The notes beneath the pieces are model-generated. The model saw only the letters and a program-made list of their open reading frames with translations, was not told where the DNA came from and ran no database searches. Both the position numbers and the translations under genes were made by a program. This document shows positions 1 to 7,930 of a stretch of DNA of 15,885 nt, one piece after another (the stretch's first letter is position 1; the number at the start of each line of letters is the position of its first letter). The stretch comes from a virus (lineage: Duplodnaviria; Heunggongvirae; Uroviricota; Caudoviricetes), in the IMG/VR virus record IMGVR_UViG_2534681991_000026; one strand, 5' to 3'.

Positions 1-165
1 ATGGCAAAGCCGATCATCACGCTCAATGGCCTAAAAATCGTCATTATGTTGGGAATGCTGGTCATTATTCTCTGCGGTATCCGTTTTGCCGCCGAGATCA
101 TCGTGCCGTTTATTCTCGCATTATTTATTGCTGTTATATATAACTTATTTCACTTAACGCATTGA
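1..165 (+). pseudogene. tqsA: 5' fragment of an AI-2 exporter TqsA/YdgG-like inner-membrane protein gene; frame ends after 54 codons
   Basis: ATG at position 1; translation [46 protein letters not shown] matches the N-terminus of enterobacterial TqsA as I recall it, then diverges (YNLFHLTH) and stops at 163-165. Hydrophobic TM-like segment. Identification is from memory, not a search. Confidence 0.5.
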
Positions 166-560
166 TTCAATTAAATAATTTACACAACAAAAAGTGCCAA
201 AAATCGCAAAATGACTACACCAGTGACTACACCGTTCGGTGCACTGTATGAAACAACGTGGAACAAATAGACACAAGAAATATAAAGGCGGGTCATCTTT
301 CCAGGGGGAAGCGCACCAATTCATGAGGGGCGTTAATGTCGATATGGGGATCCCCACCTACCGGAATTTTTGCCAGGTTAAATGTTAATCAGGCTGGTGG
401 GTTTTACATACCCTTGATCACGGTAATGATGATTCAGGTGCGTACCTTTTCCCCAGTGGGGTAAAAGCTCCAACCGTAACGATGTTCGTTGTAGTTGCCT
501 TGATGGTCTGCGTGGTCATTATGACCATTCAGCCAATGACCTTAATCAGAATTTTTCGCT

Positions 561-583
561 AAAAAATGACGTTGGCCACGTCA
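561..583 (-). terminator. Rho-independent terminator closing the leftward head/packaging operon
   Basis: Stem TGACGT(567-572)/ACGTCA(578-583) with 5-nt loop; on the minus strand the hairpin is followed by a T6 run (plus A-run 561-566). Lies about 70 nt downstream of the last minus-strand gene (stop at 655). Confidence 0.6.
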
Positions 584-654
584 TCCGGAAAGCACAAAAT
601 CACGTCGATTTTTAATGGATGGTTAAACCGTCTTTATCTCGATATCCGTACGTA

Positions 655-936
655 TTACGTACGCAGTCGTTCCGGCTTCTTCCAGTGGTACGTAATTTTT
701 GCTTTTTCCCTGTACGTCTGCACGCGGCGACGGTAGGCCAGCATTTCAAGAACGCGGATCCGTATGTTGCGCATATCCACATCATTAAGCTGGATACCAT
801 CACGGCGCATCACCTCCGCGACAACACGCGCATAATTTTCGGCGGTCACGCTGTCCGGCTGCGTGGCCTGTTCGTCATGCTGCTGGCTGATTCCAGAGAC
901 GCGGCGGATTAATCGCAGTATTTCGGCTTCTGTCAT
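655..936 (-). CDS. Hypothetical protein (93 aa) directly downstream of terL
   Basis: ORF starts 11 nt after the terL stop; TGAGGT Shine-Dalgarno-like sequence about 7 nt upstream of the ATG; same strand as the operon. No recognisable motif. Confidence 0.6.
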   Translation of the reverse strand: MTEAEILRLIRRVSGISQQHDEQATQPDSVTAENYARVVAEVMRRDGIQLNDVDMRNIRIRVLEMLAYRRRVQTYREKAKITYHWKKPERLRT

Positions 937-949
937 GCTGCTGACCTCA

Positions 950-2611
950 TTACACCCCGCTAAATTCTTCCAGTTTCTGGCGGTGGCTGTCGCTTATATC
1001 AAAAGCAAAATCCTCATGCTCTGCCTGGAATGTACCAAACGCCATCAGTGCCGCCACGCTCGGGTCTATCTTGTTCGGTGATTTTTTCTTGTTCGGCTTG
1101 ATATTGGCGTTCGCGTCACTCTGCATCACGACGTTACTCATCGACCAGGACAACACCGGATCACCACGATGCACGATAACCCTGCGGTTAACAAAAACTT
1201 CGAACGATTTCGCCGCCGGACTGAATCGAAGGTAGGTTTGCGGGAACGGCTCCACCTCAAAGCCTGCCCCCTGTAATTGCGTCCTGAGATGCGTTGCGTT
1301 CCACGTATCGAAGCCCACCAGCCTGATATTAAATTTTTCCGCGTCCTGCATGATGTCATCACGTATCCGGTCGTAATCAATGCAGTCCCCTGGCGTTGTG
1401 CGTATCCATCCCGCCCGTGCCCACTGGCGATAGATAGCGCGATTTTTATTGGCTGGGTTCTGTAACTGGAACTCCGGCAGATAATGACGGGAAACCAGCA
1501 TGATATTTTTACCGACCGGAAAGGCATAGCACACGCTGGAAATGTCGCTTGTGGATGATAAATCCAGCCCCGCGTAACATTCCTGACCGTGTAAATCTTC
1601 CTCCGTGAACTTTCCGGCGCACTCAGCCCATGCTCCGTTACCCATCCACGGGGTAGCCCCCTGACACCAGATATTAAATCGCTTTGTCATCATCTCCACC
1701 CATTGCGACGGTATGCCCCGCGCTTTCTGGATGGTTGAGGCCAGTTTTTCACGATCCACGGAAACATCAATATTAGGGTTCGCCTTTATCCACATCTCCG
1801 GATCATCAACCTCGTTTTCGTCGTCCAGTTCGTAAATCAGTACAAAAATTGAATCGTTGACCTCTTCGCCGTCCAGGATCTGGCAGCAATAATCATAGTG
1901 CTGTTTACAGGCTGAAACGACGTTGCTGCCTGATGTGGTAATGGCAAATAACAGCCCTTCGGGACGTGCCCCCATCCCCAGTTCAAGCGCAGAATAAACG
2001 CCGTTATCGGGGTGTAAGTGGTATTCGTCCACAATGGCAAGGCTGGGGTTAGTACCCTCGATGGTTGCCGCTTTTGCTGCCAGCGGCTTTAACAGGCTGT
2101 TGCTTTTCGGGTGCATCACCTTGTGGGCCTGAATATTCACTCTCTTGCGTAACGGTCGGGATAAAAGGCACATCTGACGCGCATCATCAAAAACGATCCG
2201 CGCCTGGTCGCGGCTCACCGCTGCGGTGTAAATATCCTGCTGCCCGTTCTCCATAATCAGAAACCAGTTAGCCAGAATCGCGGCTGTCGTGGATTTCGCA
2301 TTTTTGCGCGGTACTTCGATAAAGGCGCTCGTGTATTTGCGCCTTCCGGTGGCCTTAACCTTAAAGCCGAGGATGCACGCAAAGGCAAACTGCTGCCACG
2401 GTTCCAGCTCAATGGGTCTTCCACGCATCGGCCCTTTTACGTGCGGGCACACCCTGGAAAAGACAATAAACCGCTCAACAACCTCACGATCGAACATGTA
2501 AAGGGAGTTTTCAAGGTCCGAAAAGTATCGTTTAACGGCCTGTTTCAGCCGTTTACAGGCCGGAATCTTGCCCGTTTTTACGTCTTCTGCGTACTTATTC
2601 CAGGCGGTCAA
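950..2611 (-). CDS. terL: Terminase large subunit (TerL), HK97-like
   Basis: 553 aa; N-terminal ATPase region with Walker-A-like VPRKNAKST, C-terminal nuclease-like region; follows and overlaps terS by 17 nt. Confidence 0.85.
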   Translation of the reverse strand: MTAWNKYAEDVKTGKIPACKRLKQAVKRYFSDLENSLYMFDREVVERFIVFSRVCPHVKGPMRGRPIELEPWQQFAFACILGFKVKATGRRKYTSAFIEVPRKNAKSTTAAILANWFLIMENGQQDIYTAAVSRDQARIVFDDARQMCLLSRPLRKRVNIQAHKVMHPKSNSLLKPLAAKAATIEGTNPSLAIVDEYHLHPDNGVYSALELGMGARPEGLLFAITTSGSNVVSACKQHYDYCCQILDGEEVNDSIFVLIYELDDENEVDDPEMWIKANPNIDVSVDREKLASTIQKARGIPSQWVEMMTKRFNIWCQGATPWMGNGAWAECAGKFTEEDLHGQECYAGLDLSSTSDISSVCYAFPVGKNIMLVSRHYLPEFQLQNPANKNRAIYRQWARAGWIRTTPGDCIDYDRIRDDIMQDAEKFNIRLVGFDTWNATHLRTQLQGAGFEVEPFPQTYLRFSPAAKSFEVFVNRRVIVHRGDPVLSWSMSNVVMQSDANANIKPNKKKSPNKIDPSVAALMAFGTFQAEHEDFAFDISDSHRQKLEEFSGV

Positions 2612-2951
2612 GCTCGTCCTCTTCTTCTGTTTCCGGTGGATTTTTACGGCGGCTTATCGGGTCAAAACCGAGCAAAGAGGCCATTTTTATCATCACTCTT
2701 TCCGCGTCGGATTTCGCGCTTAATGCGGGGTTTCTGCTCTCTCCGCCCTGACTGTTAACAATGCTGAACCCGCGCGCCGCAAGGTCTGCGACGGCTTTCC
2801 GGTATATCGAGTAATTGACGCAATACAGTTCCAGATTACTCCAGTCGGCAGGGGTCAGGTCTCCCCGTTCCGCAAGCTGCCGCGATTTTTCCCGCCACTG
2901 CTTCACGGCGATATCATCCAGGTAGGCGGGGGCTTTCGGTGGTCTTGCCAT
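2595..2951 (-). CDS. terS: Terminase small subunit (P27-family-like TerS)
   Basis: 118 aa, MARPPKAPAYLDD...ADLAARGFSIVNSQG... typical of small terminase subunits that sit next to HNH and terL; acidic C-terminus; immediately upstream of terL. Confidence 0.75.
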   Translation of the reverse strand: MARPPKAPAYLDDIAVKQWREKSRQLAERGDLTPADWSNLELYCVNYSIYRKAVADLAARGFSIVNSQGGESRNPALSAKSDAERVMIKMASLLGFDPISRRKNPPETEEEDELDRLE

Positions 2952-3074
2952 GCTTATTTTTTCGCCAGATTATTTTTCAAAAAATTACCGTGCATAAAAA
3001 TTTGGGGAGGCGTTCGGTTCTGGGCGGGGTCGGGTTCGTCCTGAAAACTCCCCCCACCCCGTCCGGCTGCCTCA
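2952..3074. other. Putative cos / packaging-site region between the HNH-side genes and terS
   Basis: 123-nt non-coding gap; G-rich tract (GGGAGGCG...TGGGCGGGGTCGGG...CTCCCCCCACCCC, 3004-3060) with partial inverted symmetry. HNH-cos-terS is the usual layout in HK97-like cos packaging modules. Inference only. Confidence 0.35.
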
Positions 3075-3248
3075 TCAGCGATTGCGGAAACATTCCATAA
3101 CCTCGCGGTCACGGTCGTTTAATCGCGTCGCTGTGATGCGTTCTGCGCGTCCTGATGCTTTATCTTTATGCCCTGCTTCCTGTGCCTTCCATGCGTCACG
3201 CTGCCTTATAAGTCCACGGATAAGGCGGTTTTGTTCCCGCTCATTCAT
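3075..3248 (-). CDS. Small basic hypothetical protein (about 57 aa) between HNH and terS
   Basis: ORF MNEREQNRLIRGLIRQRDAWKAQEAGHKDK...; ATG overlaps the HNH stop (ATGAATGA). No strong SD; the longer upstream extension in the ORF track overlaps HNH out of frame and is probably not translated. Confidence 0.3.
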   Translation of the reverse strand: MNEREQNRLIRGLIRQRDAWKAQEAGHKDKASGRAERITATRLNDRDREVMECFRNR

Positions 3249-3681
3249 CAGCGCCATACATCCAGTTATTGCGGTTAGCGCCCCGTTCTTCCTCCTCACG
3301 GAATCCACCCGCAGCACGCTTGTTTTTTGTGGACGGATCAAGCCATTTCGTTTTCTGGTTATGACACGCCTGGCACAATGGCTGATGATTCCACTCAGGC
3401 CAGAAGAGAACATCATTACCGCCATCGATTGGGATAATGTGATCCACCACCACGGCGGGCGTGTATATTCCTTTTTCCAGGCAATGCGCACATAACGGGT
3501 TTTTACTCAGATACATGGCGCGGTATTTCTCCCACTGCCTCGTATACCCTCGCTCCCTGCTGCTGCCTCTCCGGCTGTCCTGCTGCTGGCGTGCGCTGCG
3601 TCTGTGCTCCTCACACTTGCCGGACTTCACGCGCCTGTTGCAGCCTGGTTCTGTACATCGTCTTAATGGTTGCCACGGCAT
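3241..3681 (-). CDS. HNH endonuclease (terminase-associated)
   Basis: 146 aa; Cys-rich N-terminus (CTEPGCNRRVKSGKCEEH), HNH-like core (DHIIPIDGGND...NHQPLCQACHNQKT); position just before terS as in HK97-like packaging modules. Confidence 0.85.
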   Translation of the reverse strand: MPWQPLRRCTEPGCNRRVKSGKCEEHRRSARQQQDSRRGSSRERGYTRQWEKYRAMYLSKNPLCAHCLEKGIYTPAVVVDHIIPIDGGNDVLFWPEWNHQPLCQACHNQKTKWLDPSTKNKRAAGGFREEEERGANRNNWMYGADE

Positions 3682-3974
3682 CAGTACACCCCCACATCAC
3701 GGTAAGCCGTCCAGAGTGCGCCAATCGTCATGGGTACGTGTGTTTTTGCGTTATCCGCGACAATCTGGCGATTTTCATACAGGTGAGCGATAAACATCAT
3801 GCAGCCAATCTTTATGGCTGGCGTGAACTCCAGCCCGTCATCAAAGCGCCTGCCTATGTGTATCTGGCACGCCTCAAGCGATGCGGCAATGTATCCGCTG
3901 ATTAACTGGTCTTCATCGTCGCCATCGATGCGGCAATGGAGTTTCACTTCTTCCAGGGTGATAAGTTCTGTCAT
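3681..3974 (-). CDS. Head-tail connector protein (gp6-like)
   Basis: 97 aa, MTELITLEEVKLHCRIDGDDEDQLISGYIAAS... typical N-terminus of the gp6-like connector family; start overlaps the upstream stop (ATGA). Confidence 0.7.
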   Translation of the reverse strand: MTELITLEEVKLHCRIDGDDEDQLISGYIAASLEACQIHIGRRFDDGLEFTPAIKIGCMMFIAHLYENRQIVADNAKTHVPMTIGALWTAYRDVGVY

Positions 3975-4309
3975 TTTTCCGCGCCCTCACTACAAAGAAT
4001 TTCAAGGCGTGTCCTGGCGGCATCTGGCAGCGGTTGCCCGATGATATTCAGTACACGCCCCGCCAGCGGCCCCGTATTGACCTTTATCCGACTGGTGGCG
4101 TTGATGTCCTTCCGGTAGCGTATCCATATCCTTACAGTTCCAGTCGCCAGCTCTGCACCTGATGAAATGGCCTCCTTGCTGCTGATCATGTTCACGCTTG
4201 CCCAGAGTGTGTGACCGTCCACCCACGTTTCGAGTATTTCGCCCGTCATGGCTCTGGTCTGTTTCAGGGTCTGAATCGTTACCCTGTCACGCAGTCGCCC
4301 TATGTTCAT
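3971..4309 (-). CDS. Head-tail joining / head closure protein
   Basis: Start taken at internal ATG (MNIGRLRDRVTIQ...) because it forms an ATGA overlap with the portal stop; family-typical N-terminal motif. The ORF track's 4351 start would overlap portal by 46 nt. Confidence 0.65.
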   Translation of the reverse strand: MNIGRLRDRVTIQTLKQTRAMTGEILETWVDGHTLWASVNMISSKEAISSGAELATGTVRIWIRYRKDINATSRIKVNTGPLAGRVLNIIGQPLPDAARTRLEILCSEGAEK

Positions 4310-5517
4310 TCCGGTTTTTCTCCCTCGCTGATTTTTACTTCCTGTTTCCATGCCTGGCTGAACTCATCACCACCATCACGCGGTGACAGTCCTTCACGTT
4401 CGCGGGCTTCGTTCGGACACATAACGCCGGATTTGATGCCGCGCTCATAGGTGGCAAAGCGTTCGCCAGGTGTGGCCCGTAACAGGTCCGCGCTGTCAAA
4501 CTCCACCTGATACCGGATACCAGGTACAGGCGAGGCCACCAGCAGGGCGTTTTTTATCTGCTGCTCAAAGTTCGCCAGCCACGGGCGCATCGTCATGGTG
4601 AGAAATGCGCGGCTTGCCTCGCTGAAATTGCTGTAGGTGCTGTTGCTGTATTCCTGCAAAAAAATCGGCGAGACGTTGAACATTCGGGCGATGTCTTCAA
4701 TGGTGAAGCGACGGGAGGCCAGCCATTCAGCATCCTGATTACTCATGCCCAGCTGCTGATAGCTCATACCCCCTTCAAGGATGGGCGTTTTTCCGGCGTT
4801 TCTGGCCCCTTTGTAGCGTTCCAGTGCGGCTAATGCCTGTTTGCCCTTCACGCCGTCCAGCCATTCGCCTGACGTGATAACCCCTGCCGCCATCATGCCA
4901 TCACGCATCACGCTCGCGCCGTGGCGTTGTTGGGCCAGCCCAAGCCCCAGCGATTCGCGGCAAATGGTTACAGGTGAGCGCCCCATAAAACCGTCATCCG
5001 TGGAGTAACGAAGGTGGAGAACCTCCCACGGTAAATAGTTGCGGGTGTTTCCGGTGTAAGCGTCAGTGATGCAGTAGCGCCAGTTGTGTTCTCCTGTCTG
5101 CTCCACGTTCACCGACTGCGGCGGGTAAGGATGTAAAGCCGCCGGAAAACCATCACGCCCCCACTGAATCACCGCGTAAGCATTACCGTTTAACAGGCAG
5201 TGGCGGATCATCATTCGCTTAAACTGGTAGGGAGTCTGCCACGCGTTCGGGCGCTCGTTGAGGATGTGATCGACCGGATGAGAATCAAGCCACTCGCGGG
5301 CCTCCTTCCCCTTCTCATTGCGTACCAGGTACAGGTAGCATGGCATAGTAGCCACCGCCTCAGAGATGACCGTGACGGCGTTCATGACGGCGGGGAGTGA
5401 TTCCGCTGTCCCCGATGATACGTACTCACCCGCCCCCGTGTTCGATGTGCCAGCCAGCGCCATAAATTCATCAAGCGTCATGCTGCGCTGCTCTTTTTTT
5501 CTTCTGAAAGGCCACAT
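4306..5517 (-). CDS. Portal protein, HK97 family
   Basis: 403 aa; size and position (after protease, before connector genes); GGGGGTG SD-like sequence 5 nt upstream of the ATG at 5517, which sits 1 nt after the protease stop. Confidence 0.8.
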   Translation of the reverse strand: MWPFRRKKEQRSMTLDEFMALAGTSNTGAGEYVSSGTAESLPAVMNAVTVISEAVATMPCYLYLVRNEKGKEAREWLDSHPVDHILNERPNAWQTPYQFKRMMIRHCLLNGNAYAVIQWGRDGFPAALHPYPPQSVNVEQTGEHNWRYCITDAYTGNTRNYLPWEVLHLRYSTDDGFMGRSPVTICRESLGLGLAQQRHGASVMRDGMMAAGVITSGEWLDGVKGKQALAALERYKGARNAGKTPILEGGMSYQQLGMSNQDAEWLASRRFTIEDIARMFNVSPIFLQEYSNSTYSNFSEASRAFLTMTMRPWLANFEQQIKNALLVASPVPGIRYQVEFDSADLLRATPGERFATYERGIKSGVMCPNEAREREGLSPRDGGDEFSQAWKQEVKISEGEKPE

Positions 5518-5518
5518 A

Positions 5519-6076
5519 TCACACCCCCGCTAAATCCGCCCACCAGCGGCGATTATCCGCACGCGGCATTTTTTCGGGGTGCTGCTCATACAGGGAACGG
5601 CGGGCCAGCTCCACGCCGGAATCGGGGTAAGCCGGTACGGATGTAACGGTAATTTCGTACAGTTCCGCCACCAGCACGGTGCGCACGCATGGATCTGTTG
5701 TGGTATCCCATACATCCTTACGGGAACGAAAGCCAAAGCTCATGCCGGATATATCACCACGTTTAACCAGTTCGATAACGTCACGCCCTGTGCTGGTATC
5801 CGGTGGGGTAAGTTCAAAGCGTAACCCTGTGTCGTCCTCTTCCAGTTTCAGCGTGCCAGAACGGGTGCGCCCCAGTAACATGCTGTGGTCATGCTCATAC
5901 AGGCCGCGAACGTCATTACCCGCCGCAAGCCACTCAGTAAACGCCCCCCGCTGGAATTTTTCGTAAAACTCCCCCCATAACAGTTCCGAAAGGTTATCCC
6001 AGCGAACAACGTAACCCGTCAGCGTGTTGCTGGCGCTGGTGGTGATTTCCGATGACCGGATTTCCATACTCTTCAT
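5519..6076 (-). CDS. Prohead (maturation) protease, HK97 family
   Basis: About 185 aa from the ATG at 6076 (MKSMEIRSSE...); the ORF track's longer form starts at a GTG (6190) inside the capsid gene. Lies between capsid and portal genes. Confidence 0.75.
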   Translation of the reverse strand: MKSMEIRSSEITTSASNTLTGYVVRWDNLSELLWGEFYEKFQRGAFTEWLAAGNDVRGLYEHDHSMLLGRTRSGTLKLEEDDTGLRFELTPPDTSTGRDVIELVKRGDISGMSFGFRSRKDVWDTTTDPCVRTVLVAELYEITVTSVPAYPDSGVELARRSLYEQHPEKMPRADNRRWWADLAGV

Positions 6077-6101
6077 AATTTTTTTCACCCATAAAACACT
6101 A

Positions 6102-6121
6102 AAGGGGCTTTTTAGCCCCTT
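6102..6121 (-). other. Stem-loop between capsid and protease genes (possible attenuator or processing site)
   Basis: AGGGGCT(6102-6108)/AGCCCCT(6115-6121), 7-bp stem with 6-nt loop, about 10 nt downstream of the capsid stop on the minus strand, followed by a weak U-tract (UAGUGUUUUA). Confidence 0.4.
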
Positions 6122-6131
6122 CTGTATGCTG

Positions 6132-7289
6132 TTAATCGTCGTCCTGTGGCAGTTCCAGAATCTTGATCGCGTTCGAATCCACCACGCCACCGCCTAAATA
6201 TTTCTGCGTGAAAATTTTGATGAATCCTGGTTCTGTCAGGTTGTCCGGTCTGGTGCGAACACCCGTTTCGTGATCAACAATGTAGTAACCGCGTTTGAAG
6301 TCACCCAGGGCAATAACGTTATCCGGCATAAACTCCAGATATTCGACCGGAAGGCCCAGCAACGTATCAGGATCACCAGCCTGTAAACGGTCGCGCCAGA
6401 TGTAATCACCGTTCGCGTTCTTCACCTTCTGAAGTTTTGCCGCCGTCGTGGAGTTAACCACCCAGACCGCGTTTTTGCGGTATTTTTTACGTAATGCAAA
6501 TTTCAGGTCGATCAGCGGGTCCGCAGATGTCCACGCAAGAGACTCAGAAGGCTTAATTACCTGCAACGTACCAAAATCACGTTCTTTGTCGTTCTTCTCT
6601 GCACGGGGTACGGATAAAAAGCCTTTTGCTTTTTTGTCACCGTCGCCCACAACCAGATCGCTTTCTTCGGTTTCCGTGAAGGTGTCGCCAATCTCACCCG
6701 TCAGCCATGAAAGGATGTCCACATCGGAAAAATCCACGATTTCCTGTGTGGTGCGCGGGTACGCATAGACCGGATACAGCTTAATGCTCACCTCGTTAAT
6801 CTGCGGGGTGCTGGTCTGTTCGCGTGCCTTACCCTCTTCACCGTGGTTAACGGTCGCACCGCCAGCGGAAACAAGCTGCTTAAACTCGTTGCTGCTGATT
6901 TTCTTCACGGTACAGATGCGGCGCATGGTGGATTCATCCGCCAGCATTCGCATGATTTCGGTGTTCAGCTCGGGGATAACGGTATAACCACCATCAGCGG
7001 GAACGCCTGTACTTAATGCGCGGGTTTCACCCGTCAGAATGTAGTTTCGTAGTTCTGCGGGGTCAGTGGTCTGGCTGCTTTTACCTGGCTTGCTGCGCTC
7101 TTCGTCTGCAATGGCTTCAAGGCGGGAAATGTCTTTATCGAGGGATTCAGCTTTAGCGCGTAATTCGTCAAATTTTGCGCCCTCTGCATCGTTAAGGCTG
7201 CGGTTTTCTTTTTCCGCGTTCTCCAGCATGTCGCGCATCTGATTTTTAATGGCGGTTTTCTGCTGGCGTAATTCGATTATTCTCGGCAT
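6132..7289 (-). CDS. Major capsid protein, HK97 fold, with N-terminal coiled-coil (delta/scaffold-like) domain
   Basis: 385 aa; charged coiled-coil-like N-terminal ~100 aa (ELRQQKTAIKNQMRDMLENAEKENRSL...) followed by a capsid-like body; first gene of the head operon. Confidence 0.8.
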   Translation of the reverse strand: MPRIIELRQQKTAIKNQMRDMLENAEKENRSLNDAEGAKFDELRAKAESLDKDISRLEAIADEERSKPGKSSQTTDPAELRNYILTGETRALSTGVPADGGYTVIPELNTEIMRMLADESTMRRICTVKKISSNEFKQLVSAGGATVNHGEEGKAREQTSTPQINEVSIKLYPVYAYPRTTQEIVDFSDVDILSWLTGEIGDTFTETEESDLVVGDGDKKAKGFLSVPRAEKNDKERDFGTLQVIKPSESLAWTSADPLIDLKFALRKKYRKNAVWVVNSTTAAKLQKVKNANGDYIWRDRLQAGDPDTLLGLPVEYLEFMPDNVIALGDFKRGYYIVDHETGVRTRPDNLTEPGFIKIFTQKYLGGGVVDSNAIKILELPQDDD

Positions 7290-7540
7290 AAAAAAAGTCC
7301 TGGGGTTAAGTAAGGAACTCCAGGACGCGGCAAAAACTCAACCGTTTTTCATAAGGAAATCAGCAATCGCACCGATCGTTTTTCCGCCTGGTAATGAATA
7401 TTGGTGAGCACATTAACAGGCGGGAAAGTGGCCCCAGCGTCCTGGCACCACTGGCGAGAATAATCATGATTCAGGGCGGGTAAAATATGCCGATCCGGTC
7501 AATGAACAACGTGGAACGACCACGAACAAATAATTTACAA
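7290..7540 (-). promoter_or_regulatory. Leader / promoter region of the head-packaging operon
   Basis: 250-nt non-coding region between an upstream terminator and the capsid ATG; contains the motif ATGAACAACGTGGAAC (7502-7517), also found at 248-264 and, inverted, at 14588-14600, plus inverted repeats (GTCCTGG 7297-7303 / CCAGGAC 7319-7325). Confidence 0.4.
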
Positions 7541-7570
7541 AAAATGACAAAAAGCCGGATTGCTCCGGCT
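7541..7570 (-). terminator. Rho-independent terminator after the 74-aa ORF
   Basis: Stem AGCCGGA(7553-7559)/TCCGGCT(7564-7570), loop TTGC; followed on the minus strand by a U-rich stretch (plus A-rich 7541-7552). Confidence 0.6.
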
Positions 7571-7580
7571 GTATGGGTGC

Positions 7581-7805
7581 TCAGTCCCTGATCCCTTTCA
7601 GAAATTCTATCAATGCATCTATCTGTTCAGGATTTACTGCCAGCATTTCACCGGATAGCGCACATCTGACAAATCCATGCCGATCCTTTTCGATTAGCGC
7701 GCCCGTTTCCAGGAATGCGCGGTAATCATTGATGTTCATCGTCTCCATGTTGTCAGCATGGTATTTATCACGCTGTTTTAATATCTCATCAAATTTCATC
7801 GGCAT
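7581..7805 (-). CDS. Hypothetical protein (74 aa)
   Basis: Start at ATG 7805 (MPMKFDEILKQRDKYHADNMETMN...) with AGAGGA SD about 7 nt upstream; flanked by terminators on both sides. Confidence 0.55.
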   Translation of the reverse strand: MPMKFDEILKQRDKYHADNMETMNINDYRAFLETGALIEKDRHGFVRCALSGEMLAVNPEQIDALIEFLKGIRD

Positions 7806-7899
7806 TGTTTTTTCCTCTGTTGTGTCTGTTTGTTTCAGATAGTAACTATGCCGGACCGTGACGAAAAGCCGGTAATGCGCCATACCGTTTCAACTGGCG

Positions 7900-7924
7900 C
7901 AAAAAAAGCCGGATTTCTCCGGCT
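7900..7924 (-). terminator. Rho-independent terminator after the PerC-like gene
   Basis: Stem AGCCGGA(7907-7913)/TCCGGCT(7918-7924), loop TTTC, preceded on plus by an A7 run (U-tract on minus). Stem sequence is identical to the terminator at 7553-7570. Confidence 0.65.
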
Positions 7925-7930
7925 GTGTGA

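Noticed and set aside
154-357. 67-aa minus-strand ORF at the left junction
   Set aside because: No SD, lies downstream of the operon terminator in a repeat-rich junction region, and the Cys/Phe-rich translation has no motif; probably non-coding.
619-912. 97-aa plus-strand ORF (and 612-803 minus) overlapping the 93-aa gene
   Set aside because: Alternative frames of the same segment; the 655-936 minus-strand frame has the SD and operon context, the others do not.
3082-3905. Plus-strand ORFs 3082-3495, 3461-3793 and 3591-3905
   Set aside because: All are antisense to the HNH and connector genes, which have motif support and tight ATGA-type coupling; no start-site signals on the plus strand.
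6448-6987. Plus-strand ORFs inside the major capsid gene
   Set aside because: Antisense to the capsid gene; Ser/Thr-rich low-complexity translations.
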